Source of the DNA: Candidatus Omnitrophota bacterium
GTDB lineage: Bacteria > Omnitrophota > Gorgyraeia > Duberdicusellales > 4484-171
NCBI GenBank assembly: GCA_037146775.1
Contig: JBAWWL010000005.1
Coordinates: 33,848 to 97,847, forward strand
Direction: 5' to 3'
Length of the DNA: 64,000 bases
In this document: positions 55,398 through 64,000 of the stretch, in pieces
Numbering within the stretch: the first letter of the stretch is position 1
Layout of the letters: every line of letters starts with the position of its first letter
Program-made: the position numbers and the translations under genes
Notes under the pieces: model-generated
What the model was told of the DNA's origin: nothing
The model's input: only the letters and a program-made list of their open reading frames with translations
Database searches by the model: none

Positions 55398-55487
55398 TTT
55401 ACCCAGTGAAAAGGCAAACCAAGAGTAATCTTGGGACGCAAAGCTAAAGGTCCCGCGAGTAGCGGGAAGCCTGGCTGCCAAAGGGGA
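55398..55487 (+). ncRNA. Cyclic di-GMP-I (GEMM-I) riboswitch
   Basis: GGCAAACC-aaga-GTAA-tctt-GGGACGCAAAGC core with GNRA loop, P3 stem cccgc/gcggg and closing ggctgcc. Confidence 0.85.
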
Positions 55488-55489
55488 GG

Positions 55490-55520
55490 AAAAACCTTGA
55501 GTCCGCCTCAAGGTTTTTTT
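55490..55520 (+). terminator. Intrinsic terminator (riboswitch expression platform)
   Basis: aaaaaccttgag/ctcaaggttttttt. Confidence 0.8.
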
Positions 55521-55530
55521 ATGTATAGAC

Positions 55531-55560
55531 AACCCTAAGCTTTGCTTAGGGTTTTTTTTT
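55531..55560 (+). terminator. Second intrinsic terminator
   Basis: aaccctaagc/gcttagggtt followed by a long T run. Confidence 0.8.
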
Positions 55561-55587
55561 GACTATAACCCGTGGAGGGAGGCGACC

Positions 55588-55857
55588 ATGTATAGAGGTA
55601 ATGATATTCCTAGTAGATTGAGGCATCGCGTGATTACCATGCTAAACCGTGAAGAGCTGGATTTCTTGGATAAGTTGGGCAAAGACGCGCTTTTTACTAC
55701 CGGGCACAAGCTTTCTTACAATGAGATCTTAGTCGGCCTGGTTGAATTTGTCAAAGAAATCGGCCTTTCCGGAGAACGCATTGATTCGTACAATGCGCTT
55801 AAAGCAAGGATAGTTCAGCGGGTGCGCACTGTTGCGGGGAAAAACGAACATGAATAG
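55588..55857 (+). CDS. Small hypothetical protein, possibly ribbon-helix-helix DNA-binding
   Basis: SD ggagggagg; RVITML strand followed by two helices. Confidence 0.65.
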   Translation: MYRGNDIPSRLRHRVITMLNREELDFLDKLGKDALFTTGHKLSYNEILVGLVEFVKEIGLSGERIDSYNALKARIVQRVRTVAGKNEHE

Positions 55858-55894
55858 TATTGTGATATTGAATATGAACAAGAGGAGGTGCCCC

Positions 55895-56371
55895 ATGAAA
55901 AGGACAATCGTTTTCATCGCGTTAGAGCTTGTTTTGTTGTTGGTGGCAGTCAGTCTTTATGCGCAGGCTCCCGGTAAGGTCGATCCGCTTTTGTCGACGA
56001 TGCCCTCGCGAGAAGCGGGCGTGCAGCAGCCATCGATACGGATTGATGAGGAGAATATGAAGTTGATTAACAAAAATACCACTGCGTATACAGAGCCAGC
56101 AAATAAAATGGGCACCGGCATAGTCAATGTAGCTACCGGCTGGGCGGACGTGCCTAAGAAAATTTCCGACAGGTCTGCAGAACAAAATCCTTTGGCCGGG
56201 CTCACAATTGGTTTCGGAGAAGGAGTCGTAACCGGAGTGGCGCGTACTACTGCGGGCGCGCTTGACGTGGCTATGTTTAGTATACCCCCGTATGATGCGC
56301 CATTAATGGAGAGCGAATATAAAGTTAGCAATCCCAACGAGGGATTTAAGATAGATCTTTTAAGTTGGTAA
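55895..56371 (+). CDS. Exported protein resembling exosortase-system-associated TIGR04073 family
   Basis: Signal peptide; KMGTGIVNVATGWADVP...GVARTTAGALDVAMF.IPPY; SD gaggaggtg supports ATG 55895. Confidence 0.72.
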   Translation: MKRTIVFIALELVLLLVAVSLYAQAPGKVDPLLSTMPSREAGVQQPSIRIDEENMKLINKNTTAYTEPANKMGTGIVNVATGWADVPKKISDRSAEQNPLAGLTIGFGEGVVTGVARTTAGALDVAMFSIPPYDAPLMESEYKVSNPNEGFKIDLLSW

Positions 56372-56378
56372 AGATATG

Positions 56379-56410
56379 AATGGGGCTGTGATGCGACAGC
56401 CCCATTTTCT
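56379..56410 (+). terminator. Intrinsic terminator
   Basis: aatggggctgt/acagccccatt followed by ttctt. Confidence 0.75.
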
Positions 56411-56500
56411 TTGCCATTTCCTAGCTTCCATTCCCAGTCCACTGTTTCTTATTATTTCCCTACACCTTTCCCCGGTGATATAATACTGTCATAATAAATT

Positions 56501-56896
56501 ATGGATATTGCTGTTAAAGTACAGGCTGCGGCGGAAGATAAATTTACCATTGAGTGTTCTTCCGGAGCGAAATTGCGTGTGGACAAAAGCAAAGAGGGTT
56601 CTATCCCCGAAGGCCCCAATCCGTTAGAGCTATTTCTTTCTTCTCTGGCTGCCTGTGTAGGCGTGTACGCGAAAAGATACCTAACCACGCACGCTATTTC
56701 CTTTAACGAATTAACGATTAACGCGCATGCATTGTTTTCTCAAGATTCTCCCAATCGTTTAGTGAACATACAGGTGCGCGTGCATACCGACGCTAAGCTT
56801 GACGATAAAAAAGAAGTATTCCTGCGCTTCATTCGGGGCTGTCCCGTCCACAACACAGTGATTCATACCAAAGAAGTCGACATAAATATAGCCTAA
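56501..56896 (+). CDS. OsmC-family protein
   Basis: GPNPLELFLSSLAAC, CPVHNT. Confidence 0.9.
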   Translation: MDIAVKVQAAAEDKFTIECSSGAKLRVDKSKEGSIPEGPNPLELFLSSLAACVGVYAKRYLTTHAISFNELTINAHALFSQDSPNRLVNIQVRVHTDAKLDDKKEVFLRFIRGCPVHNTVIHTKEVDINIA

Positions 56897-56912
56897 GGGC
56901 AAAGAAATTGTT

Positions 56913-58070
56913 ATGGCAGTTGACCCAATTTGTCACATGACGGTAGACGAGCACGCCGCGATAAAGGCCGTTAAGGACCAGAAAGAGTATTATTTTTGTA
57001 GCACTCATTGCCGCGACACTTTTATTAAAGAACAGCATAGTAGCCCCACAGGTTGCTGTAATAAGCAAACGTCATTTTTTAAAAATAAACTGTTTCTCGT
57101 ATCGAGCATCTCAATACTTCTCGTAGCTGCTTCTTATTTTTTTGTTGCTCTTTCGGCCTTTCGTGTCATTTTTCTGACCTATCTTAAAAGCATCTGGTGG
57201 GCGGTGCTGGCGGGATTTATTTTAGGCGGTATCATTGATTACTATGTGCCGCAGGAATATATTGTAAAAGTTCTTGCTCAAAGAAAACCACGCAGTATTG
57301 TTAATGCAGTGCTTCTGGGTTTCTTGATGAGTGCCTGTAGCCACGGTATCTTAGCTTTATCCATACAATTACATAAAAAAGGCGCATCAAATCCGGCAGT
57401 GGTAAGTTTTTTACTGGCTAGTCCTTGGGCAAATCTTACCATCACCATACTTTTGGTAAGTTTGTTTGGCATAAAGGGGTTGTTAATTATTGCCGCGACG
57501 CTTGTGGTGGCGATTAACACCGGTTTTATATTTTTATTTTTAGAAAAAGCCGGCCTTATCGAGCGGAACAAAAACACCATTGAAGTAGCCGAACATTTTT
57601 CTATTACCCGCGACATAAAAATACGCGCCAAGAATTATTCTTTTAGCAGGAAAACTCTTTTTTTCGATATACAAGGAATCTTGAGGGGCTCACGAGCTCT
57701 TTCTGATATGGTGCTGTGGTGGCTTCTCATCGGCATGTTGATTGCGAGTTTCGCCGGAGCGTATATACCCTCTCACGTCTTTCATCGGTTTATGGGGCCT
57801 ACGTTTTTAGGGCTTTTGGTTACTTTAGCTTTGGCTACCGTCATTGAGGTTTGTTCGGAAGGCTCTTCGCCGCTTGCCTTTGAAATTTATCGCAACACCG
57901 GCGCCCTGGGAAACAGTTTTGTTTTTCTTATGGCCGGGGTTGCCACTGATTATACCGAAATCGGGCTTCTGTGGACGAACGTAGGCAGGCGTACCGCGCT
58001 TTGGCTCCCGGTTGTTACTGTCCCGCAAATTATTGTTTTGGGCTATATATTCAATTTATTTATGAAATGA
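56913..58070 (+). CDS. YHS domain fused to a DUF318-type permease
   Basis: DPICHMTV...YYFCSTHC; SACSHG, FLLASP, EVCSEGSSP. Confidence 0.87.
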   Translation: MAVDPICHMTVDEHAAIKAVKDQKEYYFCSTHCRDTFIKEQHSSPTGCCNKQTSFFKNKLFLVSSISILLVAASYFFVALSAFRVIFLTYLKSIWWAVLAGFILGGIIDYYVPQEYIVKVLAQRKPRSIVNAVLLGFLMSACSHGILALSIQLHKKGASNPAVVSFLLASPWANLTITILLVSLFGIKGLLIIAATLVVAINTGFIFLFLEKAGLIERNKNTIEVAEHFSITRDIKIRAKNYSFSRKTLFFDIQGILRGSRALSDMVLWWLLIGMLIASFAGAYIPSHVFHRFMGPTFLGLLVTLALATVIEVCSEGSSPLAFEIYRNTGALGNSFVFLMAGVATDYTEIGLLWTNVGRRTALWLPVVTVPQIIVLGYIFNLFMK

Positions 58071-58111
58071 ACCTCTCACAATATATTGCAAAATCGCTGT
58101 TAATTGTTTCA

Positions 58112-58140
58112 TTGACAAGGGTATAGAGACATGCTATACA
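58112..58140 (+). promoter_or_regulatory. Sigma70-type promoter for nifU-nifS
   Basis: TTGACA-17 bp-TATACA with TGn extension. Confidence 0.6.
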
Positions 58141-58164
58141 CTTATAGAAAAGGTGGTGTAAACA

Positions 58165-59022
58165 ATGTGGGATTATTCAGAAAAGGTCAAAGAACTGTTC
58201 AAAAACCCGCGTAATGTAGGAGAAATTGAAAATCCTGAGGCAGTGGGTGAAGTGGGCAGTATTATCTGCGGAGATGCCCTTAAATTAACCCTGCGTGTCG
58301 ATAAAAAGACCGATACTATAAGCGATGCTAAATTTAAGACTTTTGGCTGCGCGAGCGCTATTGCTTCTTCGTCGGCACTTACTGAAATGATTAAGGGTAT
58401 GACTATCGAGCAGGCGGCGAAAATTACTAACCAGGATATTGCCCAATATTTGGGGGGGTTACCCGAAGAAAAAATGCATTGTTCGGTTATGGGTATGGAG
58501 GCGTTAGAGGTGGCTATTGCGAACTACCGCGGCCGAGCCATAAAGAAAGAAATGGTAGGCGAAGAAAAAATTATCTGTAAATGTTTCAGCGTAACCGATA
58601 AAAAAATAGTTAGGGCGATAAAAGAAAATAATTTACGAAGCGTCGAAGAAGTTACTAACTATACCAAGGCCGGAGGCGGGTGCGGTAAGTGTAAGCCGGA
58701 GATTGAAAAACTGCTCAAAGAATTCTGGGAGAAAGAGTCTACCAAACCGGTACCTAAAAAAATAGTTCAGAAACAAACCCTTACTAATTTGCAGAAGATT
58801 TCTCTCATTCAGGAAACTATAGAAAGAGAAATTCGTCCCAGTCTTAAAGCCGACGGTGGAGATATAGAGCTGGTGGATATAGACCACAATAAAGTATATG
58901 TAAGATTTTTGGGTACCTGCCTGGGTTGCCCGGCAACAGGAATTACTCTTAAAGCTTTAGTAGAATCAAAGCTGAAAGAATTCGTGAACGATAGTATTAT
59001 AGTAGAGGAGATGAAAAATTGA
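58165..59022 (+). CDS. nifU: Three-domain Fe-S scaffold NifU
   Basis: CGD, FGCASAIASSS, KMHCS; CKC...GGGCGKC; DGGDIELV...CLGC. Confidence 0.94.
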   Translation: MWDYSEKVKELFKNPRNVGEIENPEAVGEVGSIICGDALKLTLRVDKKTDTISDAKFKTFGCASAIASSSALTEMIKGMTIEQAAKITNQDIAQYLGGLPEEKMHCSVMGMEALEVAIANYRGRAIKKEMVGEEKIICKCFSVTDKKIVRAIKENNLRSVEEVTNYTKAGGGCGKCKPEIEKLLKEFWEKESTKPVPKKIVQKQTLTNLQKISLIQETIEREIRPSLKADGGDIELVDIDHNKVYVRFLGTCLGCPATGITLKALVESKLKEFVNDSIIVEEMKN

Positions 59023-60176
59023 GGGTTACTTACGTAGACAATAACGCGACCACCGCGGTAGCGCCGGAAGTTTTTGAAGCGATGAAGCCATTCCTTACCA
59101 CACGTTATGGCAACCCCTCGAGTATGCATGCTTTCGGCGGAGAAGTGCATCATGATATCGAAGAAGCAAGGCAAAATATAGCTAATTTATTGGGAGTGTC
59201 CGACCTTTCGGAAATAATTTTCACAAGTTGCGGTACCGAAAGCGATAACACCGCTATCATGAGCACTTTAAGGTCCAACCCGGATAAGCGGCATATTATA
59301 ACCACCAAGGTGGAGCATCCGGCGATTTTAAGTTTATGCAGATATTTAGAAACTGCAGGATACCGCGTGACTTATCTAAACGTTGACGGTGAAGGGCTGA
59401 TAGATATAAATGAACTAAGATCAGCCATAGACCATGATACCGCGCTCGTTTCTGTTATGTATGCCAACAACGAAACCGGGGTAATTTTTCCCATCGAAGA
59501 GATTGCGGAAATCGCCAGAGTGCACAACGTAGTTTTTCATACCGATGCGGTACAGGCAGTAGGAAAAATTCCTTTTAAGTTAACCGAAATACCTGTAGAT
59601 TTGCTTTCTTTATCCGGCCACAAACTGCATGCGCCAAAAGGCGTGGGAGCTTTATATGTCCGGCGTGGGACAAAATTCAGCCCCTTCTTAATCGGCGGCC
59701 ATCAAGAAGGCGGCCGTAGGGGCGGAACAGAGAATGTTGCTTCAGTCGTAGGTTTAGGAAAAGCTTGCGCGTTGGCTCAGGCTCATATAATAGAAGAAAA
59801 TTCCCGGGTAAAAATTTTACGCGACAAACTGGAAAAAGAAATCTTACAAAAAATACCACATACGCGCGTAAACGGAAATAGAGAAAAAAGGCTTCCCAAT
59901 ACCACCAACATAAGCTTTGAGTTTATTGAGGGAGAGGCGATTCTGCTTATGCTTGATGAAAAGGGTATAGCCGCGTCCAGCGGTTCCGCTTGTACTTCCG
60001 GCTCGCTTACTCCTTCCCATGTGCTAAGGGGTATGGGGGTTCCCTTTACTTACCTGCAAGGGTCTATCCGTTTTAGTTTAAGCCGCTACAATACAGAAGA
60101 GGATATCGGGTATATTATGGAACATCTACCCCCAGTTATTAAGCGCTTAAGAGAAATCTCTCCTTACGGGAAATAA
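59019..60176 (+). CDS. nifS: Cysteine desulfurase NifS/IscS
   Basis: DNNATT, GNPSS, HTDAVQ, SGHKLHAPKG, SSGSACTS. Confidence 0.95.
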   Translation: MRVTYVDNNATTAVAPEVFEAMKPFLTTRYGNPSSMHAFGGEVHHDIEEARQNIANLLGVSDLSEIIFTSCGTESDNTAIMSTLRSNPDKRHIITTKVEHPAILSLCRYLETAGYRVTYLNVDGEGLIDINELRSAIDHDTALVSVMYANNETGVIFPIEEIAEIARVHNVVFHTDAVQAVGKIPFKLTEIPVDLLSLSGHKLHAPKGVGALYVRRGTKFSPFLIGGHQEGGRRGGTENVASVVGLGKACALAQAHIIEENSRVKILRDKLEKEILQKIPHTRVNGNREKRLPNTTNISFEFIEGEAILLMLDEKGIAASSGSACTSGSLTPSHVLRGMGVPFTYLQGSIRFSLSRYNTEEDIGYIMEHLPPVIKRLREISPYGK

Positions 60177-60248
60177 ATATTCTTCCATCCTTGTTGTCTT
60201 GTCCCAGATAGTTTATTACACTAAAAAATTATTTCAAAAAAATTATAC

Positions 60249-60305
60249 TTGACAAAAAGCTTTTTAAATGTTATATCCTACTAAAACAATAGAAATAGTA
60301 GAGAT
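60249..60305 (+). promoter_or_regulatory. Promoter and probable Rrf2 operator region
   Basis: TTGACA-17 bp-TATATC followed by tcctactaaaacaatagaaatagtaga. Confidence 0.5.
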
Positions 60306-60325
60306 TAAATATATGAGGAAATACA

Positions 60326-60763
60326 ATGAAATTATCCACTAAGGGTCGTTACGGAGTACGCTTGATGGCAGACTTGGCTCTTCATTTTGGTCAAAAACCG
60401 GTCTTACTAAAAGATATTGCCCAGCGGCAGGATATTTCGGAAAAATACCTTTGGCAGTTAATCCCACCGCTTAAAGTCGCTGGGCTTGTAAGCTCGACAC
60501 GTGGGGTGCATGGCGGATACAAACTTGCCAAATCCCCAGCCCAGATAACCCTGAAAGACATTGTGCTCGTATTGGAAAAGCCGATATGTTTTGCTGAATG
60601 TGTAAACGCCCCATCCCTCTGTAATCGTGCAAGTAACTGTACTTTTAGGGAGATATGGGAAGAAATAACACAAAGCACGCTTTCAATCTTGGAGTCATTT
60701 ACTTTGGAAAAAATAATCGATAAGCACCAGCGAAAAACTAAGGTTGCCACGTACCATATTTAA
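60326..60763 (+). CDS. Rrf2-family regulator (IscR/CymR-like)
   Basis: MKLSTKGRYG, ISEKYL, RGVHGGY, three Cys, C-terminal YHI. Confidence 0.92.
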   Translation: MKLSTKGRYGVRLMADLALHFGQKPVLLKDIAQRQDISEKYLWQLIPPLKVAGLVSSTRGVHGGYKLAKSPAQITLKDIVLVLEKPICFAECVNAPSLCNRASNCTFREIWEEITQSTLSILESFTLEKIIDKHQRKTKVATYHI

Positions 60764-60780
60764 GAACAATGGAGAATAAA

Positions 60781-60972
60781 ATGGCTTACCAAAAAGATAA
60801 AAAGAATATTGTAAACGATGCTATTGTCAAAGATATTAGCGATGCGATACATAATTTAAAATATGGAACAGTGACTATAATGGTACATAATTCGAGAATA
60901 GTCCAGGCTGAGGTTACGGAAAAAAAACGTTTTGACGATATTTGGTTGGTAGAGGGAGGGGGTGGTATATAG
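60781..60972 (+). CDS. YezD/DUF2292 (OscA-like) protein with C-terminal GGGGI extension
   Basis: LKYGTVTIMVHNSRIVQAEVTEKKRF; start could also be 60769. Confidence 0.85.
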   Translation: MAYQKDKKNIVNDAIVKDISDAIHNLKYGTVTIMVHNSRIVQAEVTEKKRFDDIWLVEGGGGI

Positions 60973-61058
60973 CACTAAAGAAAGTCGAAAATGTTTCAAC
61001 CGGACCGACCGGACAGTTTTTATTATTAAAATATTAATAGCAAGTATTACCGGTTAAC

Positions 61059-61099
61059 TGGATAGCCTTGCTCATGTGTTTGATCTAGGAGGCTATCCA
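61059..61099 (+). promoter_or_regulatory. Hairpin occluding the RBS of the next gene
   Basis: tggatagcct (61059-61068) pairs with aggctatcca (61090-61099), overlapping AGGAGG and abutting ATG 61100. Confidence 0.65.
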
Positions 61100-61945
61100 A
61101 TGAAAAAAATTTTACTGACACTTTTAATTTCCGGTTATCTGATAAATAACCCAGCTCTTTCTTATGCAGGTGTACCTTTGAATAATCTTGAGGGCGTGGG
61201 AGGGATAGCTTTTAATCCTCTGGCGTATACTGCAGGAACTGATTTTGACACAGACCCCGCAGCCCAAGAGCAGAAGTTTTCACCCAAAAGCTTGATCAAA
61301 AAACCACAGTTTGGTGCTTGGTATGTTAATCTGGATAAGGTTGATGTTGACTGGACAAGCTTTGGTTTTGCCGACACTTTTTTCAAACGTTTAGAGCTTT
61401 CGTATGGTTACGAAACCATTGCGCCTAACGGCAAGAATATTCATAAAAACAATCTTGGTGCCAAACTATTGTTAATTAAAGAAAATTATCAAGATTTGAA
61501 GTTTATCCCGGCTCTTTCTGTTGGTGCTGTTTGGAAGAACGCCTCGAATGTGGCAGTTGGTATCCATGATTCCGGATCAGATTTCTATCTGGTTACGACG
61601 AAGTTAATAAACGAACTTCCCAAACCAGTACTGTTATCTGCCGGAATAATTTCTACCAAAGGCCGTGTAACAGGGGTGTATGGGTTTGACAAAGACAGGA
61701 ATGAAACATTCTTTGGTAACATCGATATATTACCACTTAAAAACGTTGCAGTTGGTTTTGAATATAAACAAGGAGCCCGCTTTAAAGATTTTAAGAATGA
61801 CAATTACTGGGATGCTCATGTTGCCTGGTTTGTTAATAAGAATATTTCTTTGGTGGCAGCTTATGTTGATGCCGGAAATCATAAATCTGTTAGCAAAACA
61901 GGCCTGGGCAACGGTTTTACCGTAAGTGCCCAGTATGCTTTTTGA
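61100..61945 (+). CDS. Outer-membrane beta-barrel-like protein, DUF3034-like
   Basis: Signal peptide, NLEGVGGIAFNPLAY, EYKQ, VAAYVDAG, terminal YAF. Confidence 0.7.
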   Translation: MKKILLTLLISGYLINNPALSYAGVPLNNLEGVGGIAFNPLAYTAGTDFDTDPAAQEQKFSPKSLIKKPQFGAWYVNLDKVDVDWTSFGFADTFFKRLELSYGYETIAPNGKNIHKNNLGAKLLLIKENYQDLKFIPALSVGAVWKNASNVAVGIHDSGSDFYLVTTKLINELPKPVLLSAGIISTKGRVTGVYGFDKDRNETFFGNIDILPLKNVAVGFEYKQGARFKDFKNDNYWDAHVAWFVNKNISLVAAYVDAGNHKSVSKTGLGNGFTVSAQYAF

Positions 61946-61954
61946 TAACAATAT

Positions 61955-61982
61955 GGCTGGGCAATAAAATTATTGCCCAGCC
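61955..61982. other. Perfect 13-bp intergenic hairpin without a U tract
   Basis: ggctgggcaataa-aa-ttattgcccagcc. Confidence 0.65.
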
Positions 61983-61992
61983 CCGTCTTTAA

Positions 61993-63302
<1,310 letters not shown>

Positions 63303-63303
<1 letters not shown>

Positions 63304-63376
63304 GTCAGAAGACAGACGTCAGAAAACAGAAGTCAGATGACAGAAGTCAGACGTCAGAAAAATCTGATTTCTAATT
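63303..63376 (+). repeat. Eight NNNCAGA heptamers plus a short inverted remnant
   Basis: ggtcaga agacaga cgtcaga aaacaga agtcaga tgacaga agtcaga cgtcaga then tctgatt tctaatt. Confidence 0.9.
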
Positions 63377-63410
63377 CATAAGATTAGTATAATAAGAAGG
63401 AGAGGAATTT

Positions 63411-64000
63411 ATGAGTAGAATATTCAGCGATATTACAAAAACTATAGGGAATACTCCGTTAGTAAGATTGAATCGTATTGCACAAGGGTTAGAGGCAATA
63501 ATACTTGTGAAGTTAGAGTCTTTCAACCCCTTATCAAGCGTAAAAGATCGCATCGGCGTTGCTATGATTGAGGATGCCCAAAAGAAAGGAGTTCTAAAAA
63601 AGGATTCAGTGATCATTGAGCCAACTAGTGGCAATACCGGTATCGCCTTAGCATTTGTAGCAGCTTCCAGGGGGTATCGATTAATTTTGACCATGCCGGA
63701 AACCATGAGCATTGAAAGAAGGCAGCTACTTTCTATTTTTGGAGCGGAATTAGTTTTGACTCCTGGTACTGAGGGTATGCGAGGGGCAGTAGCGAAAGCC
63801 GAGGAGTTGGCTAAAACCATTCCCAATGCGGTTATCTTGCAACAGTTTGCCAATCCGGCGAATCCGGAAATCCATCGTAAAACTACCGCCGAAGAAATTT
63901 GGCGGGACACTGACGGTAAGCTCGACTTTTTTGTTGCCGGCATAGGTACCGGAGGCACTATCACTGGCGTAGCCGAAGTGCTCAAGAAAAAGAAAAAAGA
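63411..64000 (+). CDS. cysK: Cysteine synthase A, 3' end runs off the window (absent from ORF track)
   Basis: [48 protein letters not shown]. Confidence 0.96.
   Translation, partial: MSRIFSDITKTIGNTPLVRLNRIAQGLEAIILVKLESFNPLSSVKDRIGVAMIEDAQKKGVLKKDSVIIEPTSGNTGIALAFVAASRGYRLILTMPETMSIERRQLLSIFGAELVLTPGTEGMRGAVAKAEELAKTIPNAVILQQFANPANPEIHRKTTAEEIWRDTDGKLDFFVAGIGTGGTITGVAEVLKKKKK

Noticed and set aside
55398-55487. c-AMP-GMP riboswitch variant
   Set aside because: The discriminating position is G, not A; ligand still needs experimental confirmation.
58165-60176. Nitrogen fixation
   Set aside because: nifU-nifS alone is a housekeeping Fe-S system in many anaerobes; no nifHDK here.
63371-63985. 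204-aa minus-strand ORF
   Set aside because: Antisense shadow of cysK.

Overview
Bacterial chromosomal window with no rRNA, tRNA, CRISPR array or transposase that I can see. Gene style suggests an anaerobic diderm, possibly Candidatus Omnitrophota (inference only). Order of contents: L,D-transpeptidase end, accA, PadR and response regulator; a type IV pilus/MSHA/T2SS-like cluster (degenerate GAF-GGDEF protein, stand-alone MshEN protein, two PilB ATPases separated by a four-helix-bundle gene, PilC, two pilins, PilMNOP, secretin, ExeA/ExeB); RNA-modification and radical SAM genes; HU; AsmA-like, GH94 phosphorylase and ispH on the minus strand; DsbD-like, AmrS radical SAM and membrane spermidine-synthase-like genes; a TonB receptor; an Ehr (Ni-less hydrogenase-related) membrane complex; Rrf2-hcp-rubrerythrin stress genes; a c-di-GMP-I riboswitch; nifU-nifS; and a CymR-like/YezD/DUF3034/metY/cysK sulfur operon. 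Leading candidates for something undescribed: (1) phased NNNCAGA heptamer arrays that bracket the four-helix-bundle gene and pilB2 in inverted orientation, recur at gene junctions and build part of the secretin signal peptide; (2) a YezD protein with a CysE-like GGGGI tail next to cysK and an RBS-sequestering hairpin; (3) a pilus with apparently split c-di-GMP sensing; (4) a signal-peptide-bearing radical SAM enzyme module. All annotations come from motif recognition by eye; no searches were run.
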